This document shows, piece after piece, positions 1-10,923 of a stretch of DNA of 64,000 nt. The position numbers and the translations under genes are program-made. Under the pieces are notes generated by a model. That model was not told the DNA's origin. It worked only from the letters and a program-made list of their open reading frames with translations, and searched no databases. Positions within the stretch are counted from its first letter, which is position 1, and the number at the start of each line of letters is the position of its first letter. This stretch comes from an uncultured delta proteobacterium (GTDB taxonomy: Bacteria > Desulfobacterota > Binatia > UBA9968): positions 256,001 to 320,000 of the forward strand of contig CAWJZV010000034.1 of NCBI GenBank assembly GCA_963847445.1. Reading direction: 5' to 3'.

Positions 1-117
1 CGTGTTCAGCCATCATCGCTGGGAGCCGATCTCAAGCAACTCGATGTCACGGTGACATGGCGCGATTTCCAACCTGGTGAAGTGACGCTGTCGGCGCTGC
101 TGTTCGCGGGATCGTGA
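1..117 (+). CDS. 3' end of PilV-like minor pilin (partial)
   Basis: Frame 1 reads RVQPSSLGADLKQLDVTVTWRDFQPGEVTLSALLFAGS*. The 'VTVTW' segment is typical of PilV C-termini, and the stop overlaps the PilW-like start. Confidence 0.6.
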   Translation, partial: RVQPSSLGADLKQLDVTVTWRDFQPGEVTLSALLFAGS

Positions 118-761
118 TGGCGCCAATGCATGACCAACGCGGCGTGACGTTGATCGAACAATTGATCGCCCTAGGATTGGGCGCGCTGATGATGACCGGA
201 TTATTTGGCTATTTCCGCTCGGAGGTTTTTCATTTGCGCGCGCTTGAGACCAGGATTACGACGATGGAGGATGCCCGCGGAGCGTTGGACATCATGATTC
301 GCGACTTGAAAAACGCCGGTTCCTGGGGCACCGGCAGCGCTCCGGCGGAAAGCGCCGGCGCGGACGATCCTGACGGCGATGCCGACTCTGTGTGCAATCG
401 CGTCTACCGGGCGACCGCCACCATCATCCACGTGCAAATGGATCTTAACGGCAACGGCAACTGCACGGATCTCGAACCGCGAGAAAACCTCCGCTACGAA
501 CTAACCGGCCCGACTTCCAGTTGTTCTGGCCCGAAGATCATTCGGCGCAACGGCGACTGCCTGGTGGCCAATGCCGTGGCGGGTCCTGGGGCGTTGTTCA
601 CTTACTACGATGGCGCCGGCAATCAGCTCGGTGCGACACCGGACCGCACGGCTATTCGCCGTGTGCGCATATCCTTCGCGCTTCGGACGGCGAACCCGGA
701 CCCGCGCGTCGGCGGTACGCTGACTTCGCAACTGTCGAGCAGCGTCGAGTTTCGCAATTAG
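114..761 (+). CDS. PilW-like minor pilin with prepilin N-terminal motif
   Basis: QRG|VTLIEQLIALGLG prepilin cleavage/methylation motif followed by 'EDARGALDIMIRDLKNAG'. Confidence 0.85.
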   Translation: MMAPMHDQRGVTLIEQLIALGLGALMMTGLFGYFRSEVFHLRALETRITTMEDARGALDIMIRDLKNAGSWGTGSAPAESAGADDPDGDADSVCNRVYRATATIIHVQMDLNGNGNCTDLEPRENLRYELTGPTSSCSGPKIIRRNGDCLVANAVAGPGALFTYYDGAGNQLGATPDRTAIRRVRISFALRTANPDPRVGGTLTSQLSSSVEFRN

Positions 762-787
762 ACGGTCTCAGTGAAAGGTTGGGCGAT

Positions 788-1940
788 TTGATAAAAAACC
801 AACGCGGTATCGTCCTGGCTGGCACGCTGATGATTCTCTCGGCGCTCGCGATCGCCGGCGTGGCCGCACGGGTGATGCTGCAAAACGATCACCGCACGTC
901 GGCCAATCTGCGCGCTGGCTCACAGACTTTTTATCTCGCCGCTTCCGGCATCGAATGGGGCAAGAGTGAGATGTTGGCATCCCCAGGGCTCACGCCGGCA
1001 CCGGCGGACCGGTCGGTGGATTTCACTAATGGCAGGTTCTCGGTCTCCTTCGGATCGGCGTTGAGTCTTAGACCGCTATCGGCGCAGTTTGTCGTGCGAT
1101 CTTTAGGGATACTCGGCCGTGATTCTCACATGCTGCAAGCCCGATTGAGCAAGATCTATGATCTTGCCGATGGCGCGCTCGGGCTGCGCGGCAATATTCA
1201 GGCGGTTCATTTCGCCGGCGCCGGCATCGCCATTTCCGGCATCGATCATGATCCGGCGACCGGCCAGCCGGACGGCGCTGCGACGGGTCGTCTGGCAGTT
1301 TCCACCGATTCCCAGTCGCTGAGCGATCTGGTCGGGGCGCAGACAGCGAGTTTGCCGGCTGGTAGCTGGCAAAGCGCTGCGGGCGGGCCGGCCGTTGCGC
1401 CGAGTAGTCATCTTACCTCTGCCGCACTCAGTCAACTGGCCGACACTCTTTGTACCGCTCCGGGAGCAGTAACCCTGTCGATACCGGTTACGGGTGCGCT
1501 GACTCTGGCAAACCAGATTTGGGGAACGCCAACGACGCCGCAACTGCGCTGTATCGAGGGAATTTCTGGCGCCGGGGATGCCGTGACGCTGGCTGGCGAG
1601 TCCGCCGGCGCCGGTATCCTCGTCGTCAGAAATGCCGACACTAATCTTGAGCGGGGCGATGCGCTGGGAAGGCTTGATTCTCGTTACCGGCAGCGAGGTT
1701 AGTCTGAAGGCTGGAGTGTCGAGCACGACCAATATTTTTGGCTCGGTTATGATCAATGAGACAGCCACCCCAAGCCTTGGAGCTTTAGCTCTGGACATTC
1801 AGGGGAGTTTCCGGGTGTCTTATAGTCGCTTGGCGCAAAGCCGCGTTGCCGGCTTGATTCCTAGCAGCGAGTTTGCTGCGCTCCACGCCAGCTTGCCGGC
1901 TTCGATTAAGCAGGATTATTGGCGCTCGGAAAGCCCGTGA
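788..1940 (+). CDS. PilX-like minor pilin (frameshifted near 1650)
   Basis: KNQRGIVLAGTLMIL...TFYLAASGIEWG is a PilX N-terminal pattern. The reading continues in ORF 1632..1940 and ends 'DYWR'. Confidence 0.75.
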
Positions 1941-2132
1941 AAAAGCCCCGAAGGTTTAATTTACATTACCGCTGCAAGATGCTAAATAACGATTCTACAA
2001 TGGTTTGGGAGCAATTGACTGGCCCATGGAACGAGCTTCCATGTGAGCTGGAAGTTTTTCTGACAATTCCCAGACCTGATCATGTAAAATACCGAGTCTG
2101 AGTTTACGGTAGCGGTGTAAGAGGGAGAGCGC

Positions 2133-2522
2133 ATGGATACCAAAAAGACCATAATGGTGGTTGACGATAACCCCGATATCATTACGATCGTCAAAACCAT
2201 TTTGGAGGGCAGGGGGTTTACCGTTTTTAGTGCCTCCAGCGGCGCCGAATTGCTCAACCTGCTGCCGACTCAAAAGGCCGATTTGATCATTCTCGACATC
2301 ATGATGCCGGAGATGGACGGTCTCGAAGTGCTCACCCGGCTCAAGGGCAAGACTGAAACCTCGACGATTCCGGTAATTCTCCTGACCGCCAAGGTGCAGT
2401 ACGAAGACGTGCTCGGCGGCTACAAGTTGGGCGCGGACTATTACATCACCAAACCCTTCACCAGCACACAGCTGGTCAACGGCATTAATTTGCTGCTCGG
2501 CGAAGGCAAAGCCGCTAGTTAA
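2133..2522 (+). CDS. Stand-alone response regulator receiver (CheY-like)
   Basis: VVDD, LIILDIMMPEMDG, LLTAK and YITKPF motifs. Confidence 0.95.
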   Translation: MDTKKTIMVVDDNPDIITIVKTILEGRGFTVFSASSGAELLNLLPTQKADLIILDIMMPEMDGLEVLTRLKGKTETSTIPVILLTAKVQYEDVLGGYKLGADYYITKPFTSTQLVNGINLLLGEGKAAS

Positions 2523-2609
2523 TTCGCAGTTCAGGTTATTTACCCCGTTCCCGGCCCAGCCAAGCGCGCGATTTGCATCTTGTCTGGGTTTTCTTCATTC
2601 TCATAGTCC

Positions 2610-3251
2610 ATGGTTCGTTTTGTCACCTTCGAAGGCGGCGACGGCAGCGGTAAGACTACCCAGATCAGAGCCCTGGAAAGCTATCTGAGTTCCCACGGCA
2701 AGGTCTGTTTAGTCACCCGGGAGCCGGGCGGCACTGATCTTGGGGCGATGCTGCGCCGGGTACTTTTGGAAGCTGGTGGTGCGCCGATTGCGCCCTCGAG
2801 TGAGCTATTTCTTTACTTGGCGGACCGGGCGCAGCATGTCAGCGAAGTGATCCGCCCAGCGGTAGCCGCCGGCAAAATCGTGCTGTGCGACCGTTTCACC
2901 GACTCTACTCTGGCGTATCAGGGGTATGGACGCGGTTTGGACTTGGGCTTGCTGCGCCAGTTCAATAGCGTAGCCGACGACGGCACGCGTCCGGATCTGA
3001 CTTTGCTGCTCGATTGTCCGATTGAAGTTGGCTTGGGCCGCACCGCGAGCCGCCAGGCGCAGTCCCAAGTCGACGCACCGAAGGAAGATCGCTTCGAGCG
3101 CGAGAAAATGGAGTTTCACGAAAAGGTCCGTGCCGGCTTTCTCGACCTGGCGCGGCAAGAGCCAGGTCGCATTCGCGTGATTGACGCGGCGCAGCCAGCG
3201 GCGCAGGTTTCATTGGCAATTCGCAAAATCATCGACGAGGCGCTGGAGTAA
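2610..3251 (+). CDS. tmk: Thymidylate kinase
   Basis: FEGGDGSGKTTQ P-loop, TREPGG, DRF..STLAYQG. Confidence 0.97.
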   Translation: MVRFVTFEGGDGSGKTTQIRALESYLSSHGKVCLVTREPGGTDLGAMLRRVLLEAGGAPIAPSSELFLYLADRAQHVSEVIRPAVAAGKIVLCDRFTDSTLAYQGYGRGLDLGLLRQFNSVADDGTRPDLTLLLDCPIEVGLGRTASRQAQSQVDAPKEDRFEREKMEFHEKVRAGFLDLARQEPGRIRVIDAAQPAAQVSLAIRKIIDEALE

Positions 3252-4241
3252 TGGGTTTTGACGAAATCATCGGTCATCGCCGGCCACTGGAGAGCCTGCG
3301 CCTCGCCTTGTCAAGCGGACGGCTGCATCACGCCTATCTGTTTGTCGGGCCAGAGGGCATCGGCAAGCGCACGCTCGCAACCGCGCTGGCGCAAGCGGTG
3401 CATTGCGGCGATGGCGCGGGTGATTTTTGCGGCAGCTGCGTCAATTGCACGAGAATCGCCGATGGCAATCATCCCGACGTGCGCATCATCGAGCCGCTGG
3501 CCGGCAAAAAAGAGATTTCGATCCAGCAGGTGCGCGAGTTCGAGCGCGAGCTCAATTATCGTTCGTTCACGGGCAAGCGTAAAATCGTCATCGTCGATCC
3601 GGCGACATTGATGAACCTGGCATCGCAGAACGCGCTGCTAAAGACCCTCGAAGAACCGCCGCAAGACTCGCTGATTATTCTGATCGCTGTCGAGCGCCGG
3701 CGGGCTATTGCCGACGGTGCGTTCGCGTTGTCTGCGGGTTTCCTTCGCACCGCTGGCGCGCAGCGAGGTCGCTCAGTATTTGCGCACGAAGCAGAGGATG
3801 AGCGGCGACAATGTTGAGTTTGTCGCCGCCATGAGTATGGGCAGTATCGGCACCGCCGTCGGACTCGACAAAGAAGCATTTGCCGAGAAGCGGCGGGTGT
3901 GGGCCGGCATGGTCGGCGCGCTCAAAATGGGCGATTATCAAGCGGCCGCAGTCGCCGCCGAGGCGTTGGCCGGCAACCGCGACGACGCGCTCAAGTTTCT
4001 CGCTTGGGCGCAAAGCTGGTATCGCGATCTGCTGGTTTATGGCGTTACCGGCGATGGCAGTGAGCTGGTCAATCTAGACATGCGCGGGCAAATCGAACAG
4101 CAAGCGGCACCGGCGCAGAGCGCGCAGCGGATTGCGGCTGTGACCGCCAGCAGCCGGGCGGCGGCGGCGATCCAGCGCAATCTCAATCGCCGCATGGTCT
4201 TGGAGAAGTACTTGTTTGGAGTCGTGAAGGGACGGTCATGA
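3251..4241 (+). CDS. holB: DNA polymerase III delta' subunit (frameshifted near 3700)
   Basis: [32 protein letters not shown], then PTVRSRC in the second frame. Sits in tmk-holB-metG-tatD synteny. Confidence 0.93.
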
Positions 4242-5771
4242 GTTCGGTTTATATCACTACGCCATTGTTCTACGTGAATGCCGAACCCCACTTGGGCAGC
4301 ACGTATACAATGGTGATCACGGACACTTTGGCGCGCTACTACCGGGCTAAAGGTGACGAGACGTTCTATCTCACTGGCACCGACGAGCATGGCGACAAGA
4401 TCGCCCAGGTCGCTGCCGAGGCCAAGGTCTCGGAAAAAGAGTTTACCGATCGCGTCAGCGCGGCGTTTCGCCGTATCTGGGACGATTGCGGCATTACCTA
4501 CGATCACTTCATTCGCACCACCGACGCGCATCATGTCGGTTTCGTGCAGGAGGTGTTGCAGTTGGTCTATGATGCCGGCGATATTTACTTCGGCAAGTAT
4601 GGCGGACTTTACTGCGTCGGTTGCGAGCGCTTTTACACCGATAAGGAACTGCGCGACGGCAAGTGTCCCGACCATCTCATCGAACCGAAGCTCATCGAGG
4701 AAGAAAATTATTTTTTCCGCATGGGTAAATATCAGGACCGGCTGCGCGAGCATATCGAAAGTCATCCGGATTTCATCCGCCCCGAAGGCTACCGCAACGA
4801 AGTGCTCGGCATGCTGCGCGAGCCGATCGGCGATCTGTGCATCTCGCGGCCCAAGAGCCGGCTCACTTGGGGCATTGGCATTCCATTCGACCAGCGCTAC
4901 GTTACCTATGTCTGGTTCGACGCCTTGCTCAATTACGTGAGCGCGCTCAAGTTCAAGGGCGAGAAAACGTTTCAAAAATTCTGGCCGACGACGCAGCATT
5001 TTATCGGCAAGGACATCGTCAAACCCCACGGCGTGTTTTGGCCGACCATGCTGATGGCGGCCGGGCTGCCGCTGTACAAGCACCTGAACGTTCATGGTTT
5101 TTGGACCGTCGAAGGCCAGAAGATGTCGAAGAGCTTGGGCAATGCCGTGGCGCCACTGGAAGTGAAGGCCGAGATCGGCATGGATGCGTTGCGCTATTTC
5201 TTGCTGCGTGAAAGCGTCTTTGGCCAGGATCCCGACTTCCGTCATGAGAGTCTGGTTAGCCGCTATAATACCGATCTCGCCAACAATCTCGGCAACTTCG
5301 TCAGCCGGGCGCTGGCCATGCAGCAAAAATATTTCGCCGGCATCGTCCAGCCGCTCGAGCGCCGATTGGCCGGTGGAAGACCGCGAGCTGCGCGATAAGT
5401 TCGCGCAAACCGAGAAAGACATCGATGGCTACATGAACGATCTGCAGTTCCATCGCGCCTTGGAGTCGGTTATGGCTGCGCTTGATCACGCCAACCGCTA
5501 CATCGTTCAGATGGCGCCGTTCACGATGATCAAGGATGCCGACAAACAAGCGCGCGTCGGCGCTGTGCTGCATCAGTTGCTCGAAGTGGTGCGCACTCTG
5601 GCGCGACTACTGGCGCCGTTCTTGCCGGACACGGTGGGTGAGTTGCGCGCCTTGCTGGCGCTTGAACCCGCTGCTTTGACCAAGCCTTGGGGCGAGGGCT
5701 TCGTAGCTGGACATCAGATCAACGCGCCGAAGGTTTTGTTTCCGCGCATCGACACCGGCGCCAAAAAATAG
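4238..5771 (+). CDS. metG: Methionine--tRNA ligase (frameshifted near 5360)
   Basis: [23 protein letters not shown] and KMSKS motifs. The C-terminus LFPRID is in the second frame. Confidence 0.96.
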
Positions 5772-5785
5772 CAGCTTTGCCAATT

Positions 5786-6556
5786 ATGCTGATCGATAGC
5801 CACGCCCATATTCAGGGCAAGGAATACGCCGGCGAGACGGAAGCAGTGATCGCCCGTGCGCGTGAGGCCGGGGTCGAGACGATTATCGCCGTCGGCGGCG
5901 CCGGTGATATGTCGAGCAACAGCGAAGCGGTGCGGTTGGCGAATTCATTCGCCAACGTCTACGCCACCGTCGGCATGCATCCCCATGACGCCAAAGATGT
6001 TGGCGCCGATGAGTTAGAAGTCCTAAAAAATTTAGCGGCGGATGCCAAAGTCGTCGCCATCGGCGAGACTGGCTTGGATTACTACTACAGCCATTCGCCC
6101 CATGACGTGCAGCGGCGCGTGTTCGGTCAATTCATCCAGATGGCGCGCCAGACCGAGTTGCCGATCGTCGTCCATGAGCGCGACGCGGCGCAGGAGGCCG
6201 TCGAATTACTGCGCGGCGAAGGGGGCGGCGAGTTGCGCGGCGTGATTCACTGCTTCACGGGTAATTACCAAGCTGCTTGCGCTTATCTTGACCTGGGATT
6301 CTATCTCTCATTTACCGGCATCATCACCTTCAAAAATGCCGATGCTCTGCGTGAGGTCGTCAGCAAGGTTCCGCTGGAGCGCATACTCGTCGAAACCGAT
6401 TCGCCCTATCTCACCCCCGTGCCCCATCGCGGCAAACGGAACGAGCCCGCCTATGTTCGCTTTGTCGCCGAGACCATCGCCAAGGTCAAAGACATTGCAG
6501 TCGAAGAGATTGCTCACGTAACCTCTGCTAACGTTAAACAGCTGTTTCGTATTTGA
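5786..6556 (+). CDS. tatD: TatD family hydrolase
   Basis: MLIDSHAH, GMHPH, IGETGLDY, VIHCF, ETDSPYL, NEPA. Confidence 0.95.
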   Translation: MLIDSHAHIQGKEYAGETEAVIARAREAGVETIIAVGGAGDMSSNSEAVRLANSFANVYATVGMHPHDAKDVGADELEVLKNLAADAKVVAIGETGLDYYYSHSPHDVQRRVFGQFIQMARQTELPIVVHERDAAQEAVELLRGEGGGELRGVIHCFTGNYQAACAYLDLGFYLSFTGIITFKNADALREVVSKVPLERILVETDSPYLTPVPHRGKRNEPAYVRFVAETIAKVKDIAVEEIAHVTSANVKQLFRI

Positions 6557-6992
6557 CCGCCGGGTTTGGCAGCCTATGCTACCCTCAGTAACCAAAGTTC
6601 ATCACAAAAGGTTGTTGATGGAAGTTTCATAGAAGAGGAAGCCAGAGGTCATTAAGGTGTTGGGGCATCGCTATGCGAGATTATGTGCTAGCCGTTAATG
6701 AAACTGCTCAAAGGACATATCATATTCCTTCTTTTCTTAGGTGCGAAATTGAAAATCGTTGCTGGAATAATGAACGTGCGCAGCAGCCATGCCAACAGAG
6801 ACAGCGGATGTCCCAGCTCGGCAATCGCGGTAATTTTGCGTTAGCCAATTCTCACGCATAAAAAAGTAAAGCGCAAAAAGCTCATAAACGGGAAAGCGTC
6901 AATTCTCATGCGATAGCATCCACTCCAGTGGCCGAGATGGAGATGATCTGGTATGGGAATGACTGATCTGAAACTAAAACGGCGTAAGGACA

Positions 6993-7733
6993 GTGACGAC
7001 CTTTCTTTGGATCTTCTTCAGCGGACTGCTGATGAGCGCGATCGCGCTCGTCGGCAGCGTCACTCTGTTTCTCAGCGAAGCAGCGCTGAAAAAATTACTG
7101 TTGCCGCTGGTCGCGCTGGCAGCGGGCACTCTGCTCGGCGGCGCTCTCCTCCACATGATACCCGCCGCCATCGAAAAGAGCGGCAACCAACTGTCGATTT
7201 ATCTCTGGATTTTGCTCGGTTTTACGCTCTTCCTGGCGCTCGAACAGTTTCTCCACTGGCATCACTGTCACCGGGCGCCGAGCGAGCACCGGCCGTTGAC
7301 TTATTTAATTCTCATCGCCGACGGGGTGCATAATTTCATCGGCGGCCTCGCCGTGGCCGGAGCTTTTCTGATTGACGTGAGAGTCGGCATCAGCACTTGG
7401 CTTGCCGCTGCCGCCCATGAAGTGCCGCAGGAACTTGGAGACTTCGGCATTCTCATCCACGGCGGGTGGAAGAAGGGCCGGGCACTGCTCTACAACTTTC
7501 TTTCGGCGCTCACCTTCCTGGTCGGCGGCATCGTCGCGTACGGTGCGTCATTCACCTTCGACGTGACTTTTCTCCTGCCGTTTGCCGCCGGCAACTTCAT
7601 CTATATCGCCGCCGCCGATTTGATTCCCGAGATCAAGCATGAAGAAGACGCCAGGCTCAATGTCATCCACTTTTTTTCGTTCCTGGCCGGCCTTGGGCTG
7701 CTCTTGGTCGTAAGATTCGTATTCGAAGATTGA
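6993..7733 (+). CDS. ZIP family metal (zinc/iron) transporter
   Basis: Hydrophobic protein with HWHHCH loop, DGVHNFIGG and HEVPQELGDF. Confidence 0.93.
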   Translation: MTTFLWIFFSGLLMSAIALVGSVTLFLSEAALKKLLLPLVALAAGTLLGGALLHMIPAAIEKSGNQLSIYLWILLGFTLFLALEQFLHWHHCHRAPSEHRPLTYLILIADGVHNFIGGLAVAGAFLIDVRVGISTWLAAAAHEVPQELGDFGILIHGGWKKGRALLYNFLSALTFLVGGIVAYGASFTFDVTFLLPFAAGNFIYIAAADLIPEIKHEEDARLNVIHFFSFLAGLGLLLVVRFVFED

Positions 7734-7762
7734 ACAGAGCTTCTGAACTTTGGAGTTTCGTT

Positions 7763-8611
7763 TCAAAAATTGTTCAACGGGATCTTCAGATAAGCAATTC
7801 CGTTCGCCTCGGGCTCGGGGAACTCTCCGGCGCGGATATTGATCTGTATCGCAGGCAAGATAAGGGCCGGCATGTCGAGCTGAACGTCGCGGTTTTTTCG
7901 GATGGTGGTAAATTCCTGTTTGGTCGTCTCTTCGCGCAGCTGAATATTGGCGCGCTTCTGCTCGGCGACGGTCGTGACAAAACGCAGCTCGCGGCCGCCG
8001 GGCTGGTAGTCATGGCACATGAAAAGCCTGGTGCTTTCCGGCAGCGCATAGATTCGTTGGATGGAGTCGAAGAGCTGTTCCGCGGACCCGCCGGGAAAGT
8101 CGCAGCGCGCCGTGCCGTAGTCCGGCATGAAAAGGGTATCGCCGACAAAAAGCGCATCGTCGATTTGCCAGGACATGTGTGCCGGCGTGTGTCCGGGCGT
8201 GTGCATGGCTCGCACTCGGAACGAACCTACTTCGAGTTCCTGTCCTTCATCGAGCAAGAGATCGAACTGCCGCCCATCCACCGGGAAGTCCGCGCCGAGA
8301 TTGTAGATGTCGCGAAAACTGCGCTGGACTTCGCCGACCCGGCTTCCGGTCACAGTGCGGGCGCCGTAGCGCTTTTTAAAGAAAGGCATGGCCGTCAGGT
8401 GATCCGCATGCGCATGGGTATCGATCACGTAGGGAACGGTAAGATGCCGGTCATCGATATATCGCGCCACGGCCTCAGCGGACCGAAAGGAAGTGCGCGC
8501 ACTCTTCGGCTCGTAATCCAACACGGGGTCGATCACGACGCCGGTCCTGGCATCGTGAACCACGTAGGTCAACGTCGACGTTGCCCGATCGAAAAAGTGC
8601 TGGATCTCCAT
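7763..8611 (-). CDS. MBL-fold metallohydrolase, persulfide dioxygenase (ETHE1/Blh-like)
   Basis: THAHADH, HTPGHTPA, GDTLFMPDYGTARCDFPGG, MCHDY, YLKIPLN. Confidence 0.9.
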   Translation of the reverse strand: MEIQHFFDRATSTLTYVVHDARTGVVIDPVLDYEPKSARTSFRSAEAVARYIDDRHLTVPYVIDTHAHADHLTAMPFFKKRYGARTVTGSRVGEVQRSFRDIYNLGADFPVDGRQFDLLLDEGQELEVGSFRVRAMHTPGHTPAHMSWQIDDALFVGDTLFMPDYGTARCDFPGGSAEQLFDSIQRIYALPESTRLFMCHDYQPGGRELRFVTTVAEQKRANIQLREETTKQEFTTIRKNRDVQLDMPALILPAIQINIRAGEFPEPEANGIAYLKIPLNNF

Positions 8612-8839
8612 TTCAGTTTTGCCTTAGCTGACCTTCGTCGGCTGAAATGTGTTGTCATCTACGGGAAACAATGGCTCGCGGAATATTTTCCCGTCATGCT
8701 ACCCCTTAATACCGGCAACTTGCTTGCGCCCAGGCGCAACGAACGCCAAGCCCGGAAACGTTATAACCTTTGCGGTCTCTGCGTCTTTGCGCGTGATAAC
8801 CCGATTGAGTTGCGGCTTTGCGCGTCAGGAATACAGGAG

Positions 8840-9358
8840 TCAAATATGGCCGCGCGCGTCTTGCAATTTTTTGTACCAGCCGGGAACGCTGAATTCGTCG
8901 ACGCGATAAGTCGGCCGATAACCTTTGATATCGAGGATCGGCGTACCGTCGAAAAAATCGAGGCCGCTGACTTTGAGAAATCGCCCTTGCCGTCCGAGCA
9001 AGCGCACCAGCGTGAGCCCGATGGGATTGGGCCGCGTAGGCGAATCGAGGGCGAAGACGCCGAGCAGCGGCAGGTCCTCTAATTTAAATCCTCGATTGAC
9101 CAGCCGTCGGGGCTTTACCTGAAGCGGGCCGATCTGATCCGGTCGCAGCCGGTCAAAATACGCCAGGACAAAAAGATGGGAATAACCGTCGATCCCTTCC
9201 AGCGCCGGTTCGAACTCGGCATAGATTTCGAGTTCTCCTGCCAAATCTTTGCCCTCCGCGCGAATATCCGATTCGGACGATTGCGTCCTGACCTGGCCAA
9301 TGGGATTAAAGACAATCTCAGACATACCAATATCTCCGTATTCTCGAACTAACGACAA
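8840..9358 (-). CDS. TsaA/TrmO-like tRNA m6t6A37 methyltransferase family protein
   Basis: GVFALDSPTRPNPIGLT and LDFFDGTPILDIK. Confidence 0.88.
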   Translation of the reverse strand: MSLVREYGDIGMSEIVFNPIGQVRTQSSESDIRAEGKDLAGELEIYAEFEPALEGIDGYSHLFVLAYFDRLRPDQIGPLQVKPRRLVNRGFKLEDLPLLGVFALDSPTRPNPIGLTLVRLLGRQGRFLKVSGLDFFDGTPILDIKGYRPTYRVDEFSVPGWYKKLQDARGHI

Positions 9359-9390
9359 TCTGCCTCAGGACTTTGCCAAGCACGCCTCGG

Positions 9391-9832
9391 TTACTTCGCT
9401 GGCGTCGTGGCGCCTTGTTTGAGGAATGCCACCAAGTCGATGAGCTCTTGCACGGTCAAGAAGTGATTATAGTTGCCCATGGCGGCTTTTCCGTCTTTGA
9501 CCGTGTAACCGGGAGCCGCGACTGCCGGATGTGCTTTGATAATCGATGAGGCCAGGTACTCTTTGGGCAGAACCGAGTAGCCGGTCAGCTCCGGCCCGAC
9601 GTTACCGGGTCGCGCGGCGAGCGACTCCTTTGGGAGTTTGATCGTGTGGCAAGCGTAGCACTCCATTTTGATGAAGAGCTGCTTGCCCGTTTCCTGATTG
9701 CCGTCGGGGAATGAAAAGCTCCAGCCTTTGGGCACGCTCGGCTTGGCCGGGACTCGGCTTTTGCGCCAGCGCAATACCGGACAGCGATAGCGACAGCGTC
9801 AACGTTAACGCATATGGAATTATTCGTTTCAT
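9391..9832 (-). CDS. Secreted monoheme cytochrome c (frameshifted near 9760)
   Basis: Signal peptide MKRIIPYALTLTLSLSLSGIALAQ in one frame. GKQLF..MECYACH, GPEL and ELIDLVAFL follow in the next. Confidence 0.8.
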
Positions 9833-9969
9833 AGCTCGATCTCCTTCGCTTTCGCATAACGTCAGCAGTCCGTCACAGCATGTTTATCGGAACCGGTTGT
9901 TCCAGCTCGGCAGATCTCTTTCCGACCTGCAGAGCAGCCCTGGCGTAGCGGCTGCTCGCTGTAGCGACC

Positions 9970-10135
9970 CGGTGAAATCAAACGGTCAAGGTTCATGGGC
10001 TTGTTCCACGCCGACGAGTCATGGACAAACTTCTTGCGGAGTCCGCGCATCCGTAGACTTCCAGCCTGTGCGCGAGAGTTCGGAGTTCGAACCGAAGACG
10101 AGATCGACACGCGTGCCGGTCCACTTGAGTCAGAA
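9970..10135 (-). pseudogene. katG: C-terminal remnant of catalase-peroxidase
   Basis: Across frames the minus strand reads KWTGTRVDLVFGSNSEL..EVYGCADS..KFVHD..AWNKPMNLDRFD, the conserved KatG C-terminus. No room exists for the rest of the gene. Confidence 0.75.
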
Positions 10136-10240
10136 GCTCATTCCTGGTTGTGGGTTAATCCTTTACCGCCAATTCATTTGCCAACCCAATTTGGCCTGCC
10201 GACGCGCGTCGAAGCTCCGCGCACGCCGGGGCGCAAATAG

Positions 10241-10741
10241 CTATCGCGATTTCTTCAACATGAAGTCCAAATCTTCAGAGAGCGACTGGAGATCCTCCTC
10301 GTGCGCCACTTCGTCCTGAAGAATTTGCAAAACCATATTGTAAGTGACTGGGTCTTTTGTCTGAGTCGCCTCCAAAAGTTTCTTGTAAAAGCCAATGGCG
10401 CAGCGCTCGCCCTTGATGTTTTGGCTTAGGATAGTCTCGACGAACGGGTCATCGGGCGCGTCGTAGCCGCAACTGGTCACGTCATACCATTTTTTCGGCT
10501 CGGCCACCGGCGTGCCGCCGAGCTGGATGATCCGGGCCGCGACCATGTCGGCGTGACGCAACTCGTCGGTAGCATGTTGCAGCAATTCGGCGATCACCGC
10601 TTCTTTCATCGGACCCTTCACGACCTTGGCGCCCAGCCAGTATTGGTAATAGGCGAGCCACTCATCGGCGAACGCCATATTGAGCAGCTTCAACAGTTGT
10701 TCCACGTCCATGCCGACAATTTCTCTTCCTTTGGTGCCCAT
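10241..10741 (-). CDS. DPS-like (DPSL) ferritin-superfamily protein
   Basis: MGTKGREIVGMDVEQLLKLLNMAFADEWLAYYQYW, DELRHA, GERCAI and DEVAHEE di-iron motifs. An AGGAG RBS precedes ATG 10741. Confidence 0.9.
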   Translation of the reverse strand: MGTKGREIVGMDVEQLLKLLNMAFADEWLAYYQYWLGAKVVKGPMKEAVIAELLQHATDELRHADMVAARIIQLGGTPVAEPKKWYDVTSCGYDAPDDPFVETILSQNIKGERCAIGFYKKLLEATQTKDPVTYNMVLQILQDEVAHEEDLQSLSEDLDFMLKKSR

Positions 10742-10829
10742 AATATTCTTCTCCTGTTTGTTCAATTTTTAGATGCACAACCACCGTGTAATTCCCTTAA
10801 GTATCGGCGATTGATCGCCATCAAGCGAC

Positions 10830-10892
10830 AAGAGCCCGCGCTTCGCCGCAAACGCGAAACGCCGGGCTCTGGGTTCGTGACCGCTGGCCTCT
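10830..10892 (-). promoter_or_regulatory. Leader RNA element, copy 1 (GA[AG]NCC repeats plus hairpin)
   Basis: Minus strand AGAGGCCAGCGgtcacGAACCCAGAGCCCGGCGTTtcgc...gcgaagcgCGGGCTCTT. The core is near-identical to 19486..19556. Confidence 0.7.
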
Positions 10893-10907
10893 TGGTTTAC
10901 TTGACAA

Positions 10908-10923
10908 AGCACTTAGTGTGCCA
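10908..10923 (-). promoter_or_regulatory. sigma54-type promoter upstream of DPSL
   Basis: Minus strand TGGCAC-ACTAA-GTGCT (GG-N10-GC). Confidence 0.55.

Noticed and set aside
4037-5422. 461-aa minus-strand ORF and similar long antisense ORFs (e.g. 39820..40764)
   Set aside because: These lie antisense to well-supported genes, as expected from high GC and codon bias.
3251-5771. holB and metG as pseudogenes or programmed frameshifts
   Set aside because: These are essential genes with single indels, and the same pattern recurs window-wide (glnA, amtB, rdgB). Sequencing error is the simplest explanation.
6560-6950. Lower-GC gap with short ORF 6673..6861
   Set aside because: No recognisable motif, RBS or RNA structure. 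It cannot be supported as a feature.
7730-9082. 450-aa plus-strand ORF
   Set aside because: It is the antisense shadow of the MBL hydrolase and TsaA-like genes and has no recognisable motifs.
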